DNA of 64,000 nt, taken from the NCBI GenBank assembly GCA_002009975.1, contig MTLP01000028.1:1-64000 (forward strand), in the 5' to 3' direction. The position numbers and the translations under genes are program-made. Positions 37,458 to 47,400 of the stretch are shown piece by piece. The stretch's first letter is position 1, and each line of letters starts with the position of its first letter. Below the pieces are notes generated by a model, which was not told the DNA's origin, did not search any database, and saw only the letters and a list, made by a program, of their open reading frames with translations. Source of the stretch: Thermococcus sp. JdFR-02 (lineage in GTDB: Archaea; Methanobacteriota_B; Thermococci; Thermococcales; Thermococcaceae).

Positions 37458-39902
37458 TCAGAAAGAATGAAGTTCTAAAATGATCTCCAATGTATCTAAT
37501 GCACTTTCAAGACCATAACTGTACTCCAATGCTCTCAAAATGTCAAGGGTAGCTTGCAGTGGGCGTGGTTCTTTTTGTAGGTCAAATGTTTCTTTAATGA
37601 TTCTCAGGAGTTGCTCTTCCCTGTCTTTTAGCCCAGCAACGTGATATATGAAGAGAACGTTTGCATAAGTTGCCCTTGAATAGCCATATCCCGACTCTCC
37701 CTTAAATCTCCCATTTTCTTCTTGTTGGGTTGTTATCCATTCAGCGGCTCTTTTAACGGCTTCTAATGCTCTCTCATCTCCACTCAATTGATAGTACCTT
37801 GCTAAACCAAACGCTACTGCTATCGTTCCCCCCAAACTTGTTTTCTTCCATTGTCCATTGTCCTCTTGCTTCTCTAGGATTTTTTCAATGATATTTTGGG
37901 TTGTGGTTTCATTTAACACCCCAAGTTCATAGAGAATTGGCAGCATTTGGGCTTCTGCTATTAAATCGCCTTTCGTGTCTTTTGGTGTGGTCATGATGTA
38001 ATCTTCCTTTGTTCTTTCTTTCAGAAGGTTTAGTGCTTTTTGTTTTCCATCAAAGGGTAGATCTTTTAGTGACTCCATAGTTAGCGTTGTATATAATGTG
38101 AAGTCATTTGGTGGGATTCCCTCTATAAATCCACCGTTTTCGAGCTGTTTATAGGCTAACCATTTAAGGAGCCATTCATATCTCTCTTTTAATTTTTCAT
38201 TTCCAGTTTCTTTGTAAAGATAAGCATAGAGCTTTGCAATTCTAGCATTTAAATAATAGTCGCCTTTATATCCCTCATCAAAATCTGCATAATTATAACC
38301 AGTCCAGAACTTTTCTAAAAATCTTATTATGCCTGAATACTTCCCGCTGTATTCTATTTTGTCCATATCTTTTGGATTTAATGCTGGATTTGGAATATAC
38401 TTATAAACCTCAGAGTTTCCATTAACGAAGAGCGTTTTGAAGTGAGTATCATAAGTTACATATTCAAGAAGTCCGTATTTCAACAATCCCAGAGTTCTCA
38501 TTCTTCTGTCAGTATAGATGTAAGTTGCGTTGTATTTCTCTATTAGTTTGTAAGCTCTCTCCCTTTGGACGGTTCCAAATATTGTGACGACATCGTTGTA
38601 TGCTTGGATTGCCTCTCTTGGATCTGGGGCTTCACCCATAAAGCCTTGATAAACTTTCTTCCACATCACTATATCTTTTCTATGGGTGTTCCCAATTAAT
38701 AGATATCCAACATCCCACCATGTTAAAAAAGTTGCATCCGTTGGCGTGTTTTCTTTAATCCATTCAAAAGCTTCCTTGTCCTTTACAGTTGGTGGGATTA
38801 TGTACTTATACGAGGAATAGGCACCTTGAGCGATAGGAGTTAGAATCAATAACGCTATTACCAGAGCTTTCATTTTTTTGCTTAAAATAACGCTTCTGAA
38901 TAAGCTCGAACCTCTTCCCTTTATATCCTTAATAACTATGTAAAAAATCTCCTCAAGCTTTGGAATTAGCTCATCGTAAATGAACTCTGCAGCCATTATT
39001 GAGAGCGGAAAGCTGGCATAGGGATCTCTAAATCTAAAAGCAACGCTGCCTAAAATTAGAAATATCCATGCCCAGAGTGCAATCCCCTTTCTCACAACAT
39101 CTCTCTCTAAGTATCTCTTTGTTGCCAATGTTCCAAACAGTAACTGAATGACCCCAATCCATTTGAAATATCCTAAAGCACTAACTTCCTCTCTTGGCAT
39201 TCTAAGCAAAAGTCCAGCTATGAACCTGTTGATAGGTGGCAAAAAGTAAAGCACTACTCCTACTATAATGATGAGAGCAAAGTAGTGAAGATTCCTCTTG
39301 ATCCATGGAAGCAGGTAGATTAGAATCATTATACCAATGACGCTTATGAAGAACACCCAGCCTCTATGGGTAACCATGTAAATTGGGATTAGAACTGCCA
39401 CACTCACCAAATATCTGATATCTTGACGTCTTAGGAATCTAATAAAGAGAAGCATGCCTATTGTAAACAGAAGAAGTCCTAAGTTTTCGGGAATGTAAAG
39501 GCTACTCCTGTACACAAAATTTGGGGCAAAGGCTAACAAAAGTGTTGCTAAGAAAGCTTTTTTCCCGCTTTTTAGTATTTCTTTAGAAAGGTAATAAAAA
39601 GCGGTTATAGTTAAGACTCCATAAATTGCTGGTAAGAGAAAGAAGGTGTAATCACTTGGGAAAATTTTGTAGATAACTGCACCGATTATATGGAAGAGCG
39701 GAGGATAGCTATAGGCTTTTAGTCCGAGGAGAGAACTTAAGTCTTTTGAAATTACCCCAAATCCTTCGTTAACTATTCTTAATGTAATGTCCCTGTGTAG
39801 GTATTCGTCATACGTAGCCAATAAGAGGTTTCTGTGAGGAATGAGGCGTATAATGAAAGATATGACGATTAAAATTGAGAGATATGCTTTTTCTCTCTTC
39901 AT
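37458..39902 (-). CDS. GT-C/STT3-like membrane glycosyltransferase with C-terminal QW-repeat alpha/alpha barrel
   Basis: YDEYLH, SYPPLFH, multi-TM, EAFEWIKENTP..A.FLTWWDVGY; C-terminal Q..NG.(F/W) repeats. Confidence 0.7.
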   Translation of the reverse strand: MKREKAYLSILIVISFIIRLIPHRNLLLATYDEYLHRDITLRIVNEGFGVISKDLSSLLGLKAYSYPPLFHIIGAVIYKIFPSDYTFFLLPAIYGVLTITAFYYLSKEILKSGKKAFLATLLLAFAPNFVYRSSLYIPENLGLLLFTIGMLLFIRFLRRQDIRYLVSVAVLIPIYMVTHRGWVFFISVIGIMILIYLLPWIKRNLHYFALIIIVGVVLYFLPPINRFIAGLLLRMPREEVSALGYFKWIGVIQLLFGTLATKRYLERDVVRKGIALWAWIFLILGSVAFRFRDPYASFPLSIMAAEFIYDELIPKLEEIFYIVIKDIKGRGSSLFRSVILSKKMKALVIALLILTPIAQGAYSSYKYIIPPTVKDKEAFEWIKENTPTDATFLTWWDVGYLLIGNTHRKDIVMWKKVYQGFMGEAPDPREAIQAYNDVVTIFGTVQRERAYKLIEKYNATYIYTDRRMRTLGLLKYGLLEYVTYDTHFKTLFVNGNSEVYKYIPNPALNPKDMDKIEYSGKYSGIIRFLEKFWTGYNYADFDEGYKGDYYLNARIAKLYAYLYKETGNEKLKERYEWLLKWLAYKQLENGGFIEGIPPNDFTLYTTLTMESLKDLPFDGKQKALNLLKERTKEDYIMTTPKDTKGDLIAEAQMLPILYELGVLNETTTQNIIEKILEKQEDNGQWKKTSLGGTIAVAFGLARYYQLSGDERALEAVKRAAEWITTQQEENGRFKGESGYGYSRATYANVLFIYHVAGLKDREEQLLRIIKETFDLQKEPRPLQATLDILRALEYSYGLESALDTLEIILELHSF

Positions 39903-39958
39903 TTTTGATACCCCTTAACTTTTTTAAGTTTTTAACCCACCTAACTATTGGTGGTGTA

Positions 39959-40996
39959 ATGAGGGACTTAAAACTCTTTAGTTTGGCTTTTTTCAGTTAC
40001 CTCCTCTTAACTCTTTATGCTAATATCTTTCTTAAACCTAAGCTTTATGCAGTGAATTTGGACATGTCGAGAATATGGATAGCTACACTTATAGCACTTA
40101 CTTTTTACCTTTCTTTTGTCTTTGGATATTTTAAACCCATAAAGCTTCCCAAATATGTTTACTGGTTTATTGTTTTTATTCTATCCTTCGCTTTTGTTCC
40201 TTATGGACCAGTGACTGCTCTTTTATTCGTTTCCGCATACTTTGTCTATAAAGAGAGGTTATTTGAAAGATTTTCTTATTTCGCATTTTTTCTGGGTTTA
40301 GCAGTTGTTCTCTTTTCTTATTATTACGTTGGCATTCCCCTATTGAACTGGGAGGTTAGGTTCATCCTCTCCAAGATTCTTGTCTTATCTTCAGTTCTTT
40401 TCACCATTGGAATAGTTTATGTGGATAATCAAAAAGTTAAAGCTCTATTATTTATAATTGCGGAGATTCTTGCATTTTTGGGTACTTTTCGGTCTCTCAT
40501 GCTTTTGATATTTGTAGCATACTTTGTTCCCTATTACCTAAAAAATAAGGTAGATTTGAGATTGATAAGCCTCTTAACGCTAATTGGTTTAGCCTTGCTG
40601 TATCTGAGTGATAATCTAACCTCCTTGTTAGTGAGGATAGGTTTTACTTTTTTAGTTTTCCATAATTTGGTTAATATTTCTCTTCCTTTTGGATTTTTTC
40701 ATGGTTCTTTGCTCTTAAATTCTGATCCAAGGTGGAGAGTGGCTTTTATGTTTACTCTAAATGGGAGCTATACCTATTTTCTCTTTGGACAACCAATAGC
40801 GGATTTTGGAATTCTTGGAATTTTGGAGGCTTATTTGTTGGGAGTTCTGCTTAGACTGTCCAATAGGGATTTAAGGGGGAATGTAATGGTTCTCTCGCTT
40901 TTAATTTATGCTATAGAAACAGGTTTAGATGCATTCCTTCTCTCAAGTCTAATTCTTTTTGGTGGCATATTTTCTAAGGGTGAAGTACAAAGTTAA
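39959..40996 (+). CDS. Oligosaccharide repeat unit polymerase (Wzy-like) membrane protein
   Basis: About 10 TM; GIPLL...R, G.FRS, RIGFT, G.FHG, DPR, TY.LFGQP.ADFG.LG. Confidence 0.65.
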   Translation: MRDLKLFSLAFFSYLLLTLYANIFLKPKLYAVNLDMSRIWIATLIALTFYLSFVFGYFKPIKLPKYVYWFIVFILSFAFVPYGPVTALLFVSAYFVYKERLFERFSYFAFFLGLAVVLFSYYYVGIPLLNWEVRFILSKILVLSSVLFTIGIVYVDNQKVKALLFIIAEILAFLGTFRSLMLLIFVAYFVPYYLKNKVDLRLISLLTLIGLALLYLSDNLTSLLVRIGFTFLVFHNLVNISLPFGFFHGSLLLNSDPRWRVAFMFTLNGSYTYFLFGQPIADFGILGILEAYLLGVLLRLSNRDLRGNVMVLSLLIYAIETGLDAFLLSSLILFGGIFSKGEVQS

Positions 40997-41032
40997 ATAC
41001 CCAAAGGGTAAAGCCTCCTTAAGGTGGGAGCA

Positions 41033-42265
41033 ATGAAGAGAAAGGGGATACTAATAATAGCTGATGGAATTGGAGATAGACCAATTAAAGAGCTTGAGTG
41101 GAAAACACCGGTGGAGCATGCAAATACGCCAAATCTCAATAGGTTAGCAAAGCTTGGCATTTGTGGAATGCAAGATCCAATTTTTCCGGGACAGCCAGCA
41201 GGGAGTGATACAGCCCATTTATCTTTACTTGGCTATGATCCATATCAAACTTATAGGGGAAGGGGTTATTACGAAGCATTGGGTGCCGGAATAGATGTTA
41301 AGGAAGAGGATTTGGCTTTTAGAGTAAACTTTGCGACTATTGAAAATGGGATAATTATTGATAGGAGAGCAGGAAGAATTTCAACGGAGGAAGCCCATGA
41401 GCTAGTCAAGGCAATACAGGAGAACGTTAAACTACCAGTGGAGTTCATTTTCAAAGGAGCAACCTCTCATAGGGCAGTTTTGGTTCTTAGAGGATTGGCT
41501 GAAGGTTACAAAGTTGGAGAAAATGATCCGCACGTTGAAGGAAGGTCACCTCATAAGTTTGACTATGAAGATGAAGCAAGCAAAAGAACAGCGGAGATTT
41601 TAGAGGAATTTGTAAGACAAGCTCATGAAATCCTTGATAATCATCCAATAAATGAAAAGAGAAGAAAGGAAGGAAAGCCCGTTGCAAATTATCTCCTCAT
41701 TAGAGGTGCTGGAACTGCTCCAAAGATTCCAAAGAAATTCCCAGAGCAGTGGAAAGTTAGAGCTGGTGCAATTGTTGCCGTTGCTTTAGTTAGAGGTGTC
41801 TTGAGGGCAGTTGGGTTTGAAATAATCGAAGTTCTAGGGATTACGGGGGAATACGATACAGATGAAATGGCAAAGGCAAAAGCCGTTGTTGAGGCTTTAA
41901 AAGACTATGATTTCATATTCGTTCATTTCAAGCCAACAGACGCTGCTGGTCATGATGGTAATTATGCAAAAAAGATTGAGATGATTAAAAAACTCGATAG
42001 AATGGTTGGTTACATATTAGACAATGTTGACTTAGAAAAGACGATTATTGCTTTAACAGGTGATCATTCAACGCCATGTGAAGTTAAAAACCACTCTGGA
42101 GACCCGGTTCCCGTAGTTATTGCAGGTGGAGGAGTAAGGATAGATGATATCCAAGAGTTCGGCGAAAGGGCTTGTGCCAAAGGTGGTTTGGGGAGAATCA
42201 ACGGCAAATACATCGTTCCAATAATGATGAATTTGATGGGAAGGGCTGAGAAATATGGGGCTTAG
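41033..42265 (+). CDS. apgM: 2,3-BPG-independent phosphoglycerate mutase
   Basis: DGIGDRP, GSDTAH, YRGRG..EA.G, DRRAGRI, K.TD.AGHDG, GDHSTP, HSGDPVP. Confidence 0.95.
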   Translation: MKRKGILIIADGIGDRPIKELEWKTPVEHANTPNLNRLAKLGICGMQDPIFPGQPAGSDTAHLSLLGYDPYQTYRGRGYYEALGAGIDVKEEDLAFRVNFATIENGIIIDRRAGRISTEEAHELVKAIQENVKLPVEFIFKGATSHRAVLVLRGLAEGYKVGENDPHVEGRSPHKFDYEDEASKRTAEILEEFVRQAHEILDNHPINEKRRKEGKPVANYLLIRGAGTAPKIPKKFPEQWKVRAGAIVAVALVRGVLRAVGFEIIEVLGITGEYDTDEMAKAKAVVEALKDYDFIFVHFKPTDAAGHDGNYAKKIEMIKKLDRMVGYILDNVDLEKTIIALTGDHSTPCEVKNHSGDPVPVVIAGGGVRIDDIQEFGERACAKGGLGRINGKYIVPIMMNLMGRAEKYGA

Positions 42266-42276
42266 CTCTCTATTTT

Positions 42277-42924
42277 TTAAACTATTTTTGCAAAGCCCTT
42301 TTCTATAGTCTTAGCATTACACCACTCTTCTGCAAGCTTTAGGAACCTATCTATAACCTCAATGAGTAGACTTGAAGGGACATTAGGGACGCCACAGGCA
42401 ACAACTAAAAATCTCCCGTCTTTTTTAACCATGGTGTACTGTGAGTCTCTATATGGGTAAACATGGAGAACCTTTTCTTCATCTGCAATTATTAGAGTGC
42501 CTTCTTTCAAAATCTTGAGCTTTCCTCCTATTGGTAAAAACTCTTCTCCTCCCTTTGAAAGCCTTAATATTGGAATCCCTCTGACATTTTCCATTTGGTA
42601 TATTCCAATGGGTATGCAGTATTCAGCTGAAGCTAAGTTGCCAGCGTCAACAACGGTGTTTATTTTGGGAAAATTTCCTTTAAATGCTCTTCTTATCAGC
42701 GCTTCTGCGGAAGGTCTTTGTTTGGTTGGGTCTATTCCTATTCTCCAGTAAAAATCTCTATATGCTCTGACAATTTTGTTATCTTTTAGACTCTCTAAAC
42801 TGCCATACTTTTTGAGTATATGGGAGACATCGAACTTAATTGATGGCTTTACTTGAGCATCAACTAATGCATAATATAGCTTGATCCCATATTTGTGATA
42901 AACATCTTTTGAGATATGCAACAT
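42277..42924 (-). CDS. Stand-alone B3/B4 (PheT editing-like) domain protein
   Basis: AYRDFYWRIGIDPTK.RPSAEAL.RR, PKINTVVD.GN..S, YPYRDS..T. Confidence 0.88.
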   Translation of the reverse strand: MLHISKDVYHKYGIKLYYALVDAQVKPSIKFDVSHILKKYGSLESLKDNKIVRAYRDFYWRIGIDPTKQRPSAEALIRRAFKGNFPKINTVVDAGNLASAEYCIPIGIYQMENVRGIPILRLSKGGEEFLPIGGKLKILKEGTLIIADEEKVLHVYPYRDSQYTMVKKDGRFLVVACGVPNVPSSLLIEVIDRFLKLAEEWCNAKTIEKGFAKIV

Positions 42925-43020
42925 ACTTTAAAAATGAGCTTTAGGGTATAATGAGTTTTCTTTCAATGATTATCGAAAGGTTAATATTTATGTTTTATAA
43001 ATTTCCTTTTAGGTGATCCT

Positions 43021-44172
43021 ATGAACCCTCTTGAAGAAGCTTTAAAGATTAAAGACCAAATAATAGCTTGGAGAAGAGATTTCCACCAATATCCAGAGCT
43101 TAAGTATGAAGAAGAAAGAACATCAAAAATAGTTGAAGAGCACTTAAAAGAGTGGGGATATGAGGTAAGAAGAATTTCTACTGGAGTTATTGGAACCATT
43201 GGTGAAGGGGACAAGATGATTGCTTTAAGAGCAGATATGGATGCTTTGCCTGTTCAAGAGGAGAATGATGTTCCTTATAAGTCTAAGATTCCTGGAAAGA
43301 TGCATGCTTGTGGTCATGATGCTCACACTGCAATGCTACTAGGAGCAGCAAAAATAATAGCGGAACATAAGGAAGAGTTAAATGGAAAAGTTAGGGTGAT
43401 TTTTCAGCCAGCAGAAGAAGGAGGAAATGGAGCAAAGGTTATGATAAAAGGAGGAGCCTTAGAAGGAGTAAATGCGATTTTTGGAATTCATGTTTGGTCA
43501 GAATTACCAAGTGGGGTTATTGGCATTAGGGAAGGACCTTTCTTGGCTGGTGCCGGCGAGTTCCATGTAAAGATTAAGGGTAAGGGAGGACATGGAGCTT
43601 CACCGCACGAAACCGTTGATCCAATAGTAGTAGCATCTCAAGCAGTTTTAGCTTTTCAAACGATTGTAAGTAGAAATGTGGAGCCAATTAAGCCTGCTGT
43701 TGTCAGTGTAGGAGCAATTCACGCTGGAACGGCTTTTAACGTGATTCCAGAAGAAGCTGAAATGAAGGGGACTTACAGGTTCTTTGAGCCAGAAATTGGA
43801 AAGCTAATTGAAAAGAGAATAGACGAAATCTTAAGTGGAATAACAAAAGCTTACCACGCTGATTATAAGTTAAATATCGTTGAGTTAACTCCACCAACTA
43901 TAAATCATTCTAAGATGGCTCAATTTGTTAAAGATGTTGCTCAGAGATATAGTATAGGAACAGTAAGTGAAGTTTCTTTAACAATGGGTGCTGAAGATTT
44001 CTCATTCTATTTACAAAAAGTTCCAGGGGCATTTGTTGCACTGGGAATTAAAAACAAAGCTAAGGGAATAATTTATCCACATCATCATCCAAAATTCAAT
44101 GTTGACGAAGATATTTTGCATCTTGGGACAGCTTTAGAAGTTGCTCTGGCTTTTGAGTTTTTGAGATTATAA
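43021..44172 (+). CDS. cpsA: M20D carboxypeptidase/aminoacylase
   Basis: RRDFHQYPEL, LRADMDALP, MHACGHDAH, FQPAEE, GKGGHG, AEDF, HHP.F. Confidence 0.9.
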   Translation: MNPLEEALKIKDQIIAWRRDFHQYPELKYEEERTSKIVEEHLKEWGYEVRRISTGVIGTIGEGDKMIALRADMDALPVQEENDVPYKSKIPGKMHACGHDAHTAMLLGAAKIIAEHKEELNGKVRVIFQPAEEGGNGAKVMIKGGALEGVNAIFGIHVWSELPSGVIGIREGPFLAGAGEFHVKIKGKGGHGASPHETVDPIVVASQAVLAFQTIVSRNVEPIKPAVVSVGAIHAGTAFNVIPEEAEMKGTYRFFEPEIGKLIEKRIDEILSGITKAYHADYKLNIVELTPPTINHSKMAQFVKDVAQRYSIGTVSEVSLTMGAEDFSFYLQKVPGAFVALGIKNKAKGIIYPHHHPKFNVDEDILHLGTALEVALAFEFLRL

Positions 44173-44410
44173 CAATTTTTTAAAAATTTTCCAATCAATT
44201 ATTTATTCTTTTGCCTAATTTTTGTTCTCATTGTTGTCATATTTTAAGTTTTTATTTACGTAAATTGTATTACTATTCAACATTTTACTAAATATCAACA
44301 TTGAACTTTATATTTTTAAGAAAAATTACCAGAATACTTTACTCATAGAAAGTTTTATATCCTCGATGAGAGTAGTATAGAAATGAATACTTATATACGG
44401 AGGTGTACTG

Positions 44411-47400
44411 ATGAGTAGAAAAACTCTAAGCGTACTTATTATATCTTTAATGCTCTTTTCAGTAGTTCCAGTGGCTCTAGTAAGTGCGGGGGTTACTGAT
44501 TCCGAACCCCAAGTATCTCATAAGGTTACAAAATTAGCTATTATTTCAAAAGAGCCAGAAACAGCAAAAGATCCAATGGAAAAAATTGAACCTAAATTGC
44601 TTGACATACTAAAAGGCAAAGTAGAAGTTTATGTCCCAGAAGTGAATGGGAAAAAACTGCTACCTATACATATAGTTACAACTTCTGACATTTCTTCAAA
44701 GTTGAGAGGTGTGGAGGTAGTTGGCAAGAGTGAAATTGCGGGAATGACAGTATATTTAGCGTTGGTTCCAATTAAAGAGGAAAGTGAGAGGATAATATTA
44801 AAGATTGCGTCCATTCCTGAAGTTGAAGCAGTTACAAGAACGAATCCCTTTGAACCTATTGGAGACGTTAAGCCTATTGAAGAAAAAGAGAACCGAGAAT
44901 TTGTTAAGATTCCAAAATCAAAGTTTTCTAAGTTAATAGAATTAAAAGGAGAATGGTTCCCAGAAGAGGTTAATGGTTATAGAGTAGTTAAACTGACAGA
45001 TCTTCTTCCAGAGAAACTAAAAGAGCTACAGGATCAAAGTCTTGCAAGAAGAGGGGAGATAACTTTAGAAAAAAGAGAGGTTGAGGTTAAAAACCCAATT
45101 CAACCACAAGACTATTTTGCGATCTACCATCATGGAGCATTAAATACTTGGGTAGATTTGGGCATTACAGGAGCTGGGATCAATGTGGCAATAATTGATA
45201 GTGGCGTTGACTTTGGAAATCCAGATTTGCAAGATGCTTATGCTGTTGAAATGAATCCAGAAAGCCCGTATTATGGATGGCCAATAGCCTTTAGCGGACA
45301 CTCAATGATTTGGTATCTTTTGATGAACATGACATTCCCAGATTATATCTACTCCTGGTATGCTAACACTTCAAGATATGTCTTATCTCCAATAATAATG
45401 GAAGGAAACTTTAGCATAGGTTATAAAGGAAACTTCACCACAGTATTCACTTCTATGGACTTGGCAAACGTTATTGATGATTATGAGAGAGCAGACATAA
45501 TAAACGCAACACTTGACTGGATTGGAAATGTAAGCACTATTCTCTTGGTCGATGATGATGGAGAAGATCTTCTAGAAGAATTTTATGTAAATGCTTTAGA
45601 CATCCTTGGAGTGAACTATACATATTACGAAGTCCCATATGGCAAGATAGGTCCCAACTCTACCGTAATGAGCAATTACGACTTGGTTATGTGGTTTACT
45701 GGAGCAACTTATAAAGACACCTTAACGGTTGAAGACATTGGAAATCTAACAGAGTATTTAGATAATGGTGGAAAATTATGGTTCATTAGTCAGGACTACC
45801 TATATGACAAAGATGATGGTCCAATTTACACCAACAGGCATGTAATATACAAGCAGGAGAATGCTACTGCACCACCAGAAGGTAATAGTACAGAACACTA
45901 CTTCAATGTGACAGCTAGCGCTCCGATTCTTAGGGTTGTTACAACAAGCGATTATAGCAACTTAGATATTGATATTGAGCTCTATTACTATAATGAAACA
46001 AGTGGAGAATGGGAATTTATTGACGATTCAGATGGCTTAGATTCAATGGAAGAAATTATCATTGAAAATCCACTAATAGGTCAGTACATGGTTGATGTAT
46101 ATAGCTTTGAAAATCCAGAATATGACAATGCTACGTACACTATAAAAGTTGAAACTGCTAACATATCAGGATACTTTACTTATGAATATCTACATGTTGG
46201 GAATGTCTCCATAGAGGATATGCCAGTACCTACAGTGCTTGAAGACTTTAATGGAGCAAAATATCGCGCAGGTGAGGTGTATTATGGAATTTACGAGAGT
46301 CCTACGGACATATGGGCAGACTATATAGTTCCCGACGAAAATGCTACAGTCTTATTAAGAGGATACACTGCTTATGCAACTAATGGATCTACCATCTACC
46401 TTGTTAAATTGCCATTAAATAATAACTTAGAGGTTCCAACACAAAGCGAAGAAGTCCATTTAGGATTACATCCAGATTTAGCACTTTGGTTCTACTGGTA
46501 TGGAGGATGGGTATTGGTAACAGATCCAAATAATGCAACGGTTTATGACACAGTCTATGTGGACCTTACTCCAGTATGGGGAGTTCCAGATTTCAATGAG
46601 GATGTGGGACATACTAAAAATAATCCAGTGGTTCAATTAGACTTCTGGGATGCATTTAACGATGAATTTGGTCAAGATGGATACGCTGACCTTTCAGGTG
46701 GACTAATTTACTTCATAGCAGATGGACAAACACCAATACCCTATGCAGATATAGTTGCTTCTAGATGGGGACTTAACCTACCAATTCCAGAAAATGGTGA
46801 GTTAGTGGCGTTTATGATAGGTACGGACTGGATTGGAGGAGGAGATCACGGTACATTATGTGCAGCTGCAGTTGGAGCAAGAGGAAGAACGTTTATGGGG
46901 TTAACATTTGGTACAGCAATTGAGGCAAAAATAATAGCTGAAGGTTCTCTCTATTCAGGTGGAAGTTGGTTTGACTACGTTTACTTTGCTGTTCAAGGTT
47001 ACGATGGAGTCCCAGGCACAGGAGATGAAGCATTTGTTGTAAGCAATAGCTATGGAAACTCCTACGTAATTAACAAAGGCTACTACTATGCAGATAGATT
47101 TATTGATTTTGTAACAACTCTCTATACTCCATGGGTAACGTTCCTCTTTGCTGCAGGCAATGGCGGTCCAGGTTATGGAACAGTTACAAGTGAGGGAGCT
47201 TCTCCAGGAGTAATTACTGTAGGAGCTGCAGTTGAATATGGATATAGAAACTTATTTGGATACGATGGTGGTCCTTTAGGATACGAATTTGCAAATTATG
47301 GGGACGTTGTGGAGTTCTCTAACAAAGGTCCAAACGCATTGGGGCAAGTTGATCCTGACATTTTAGCAGTGGGTGCATTTGCACTGGGAAGTTTACCTGT

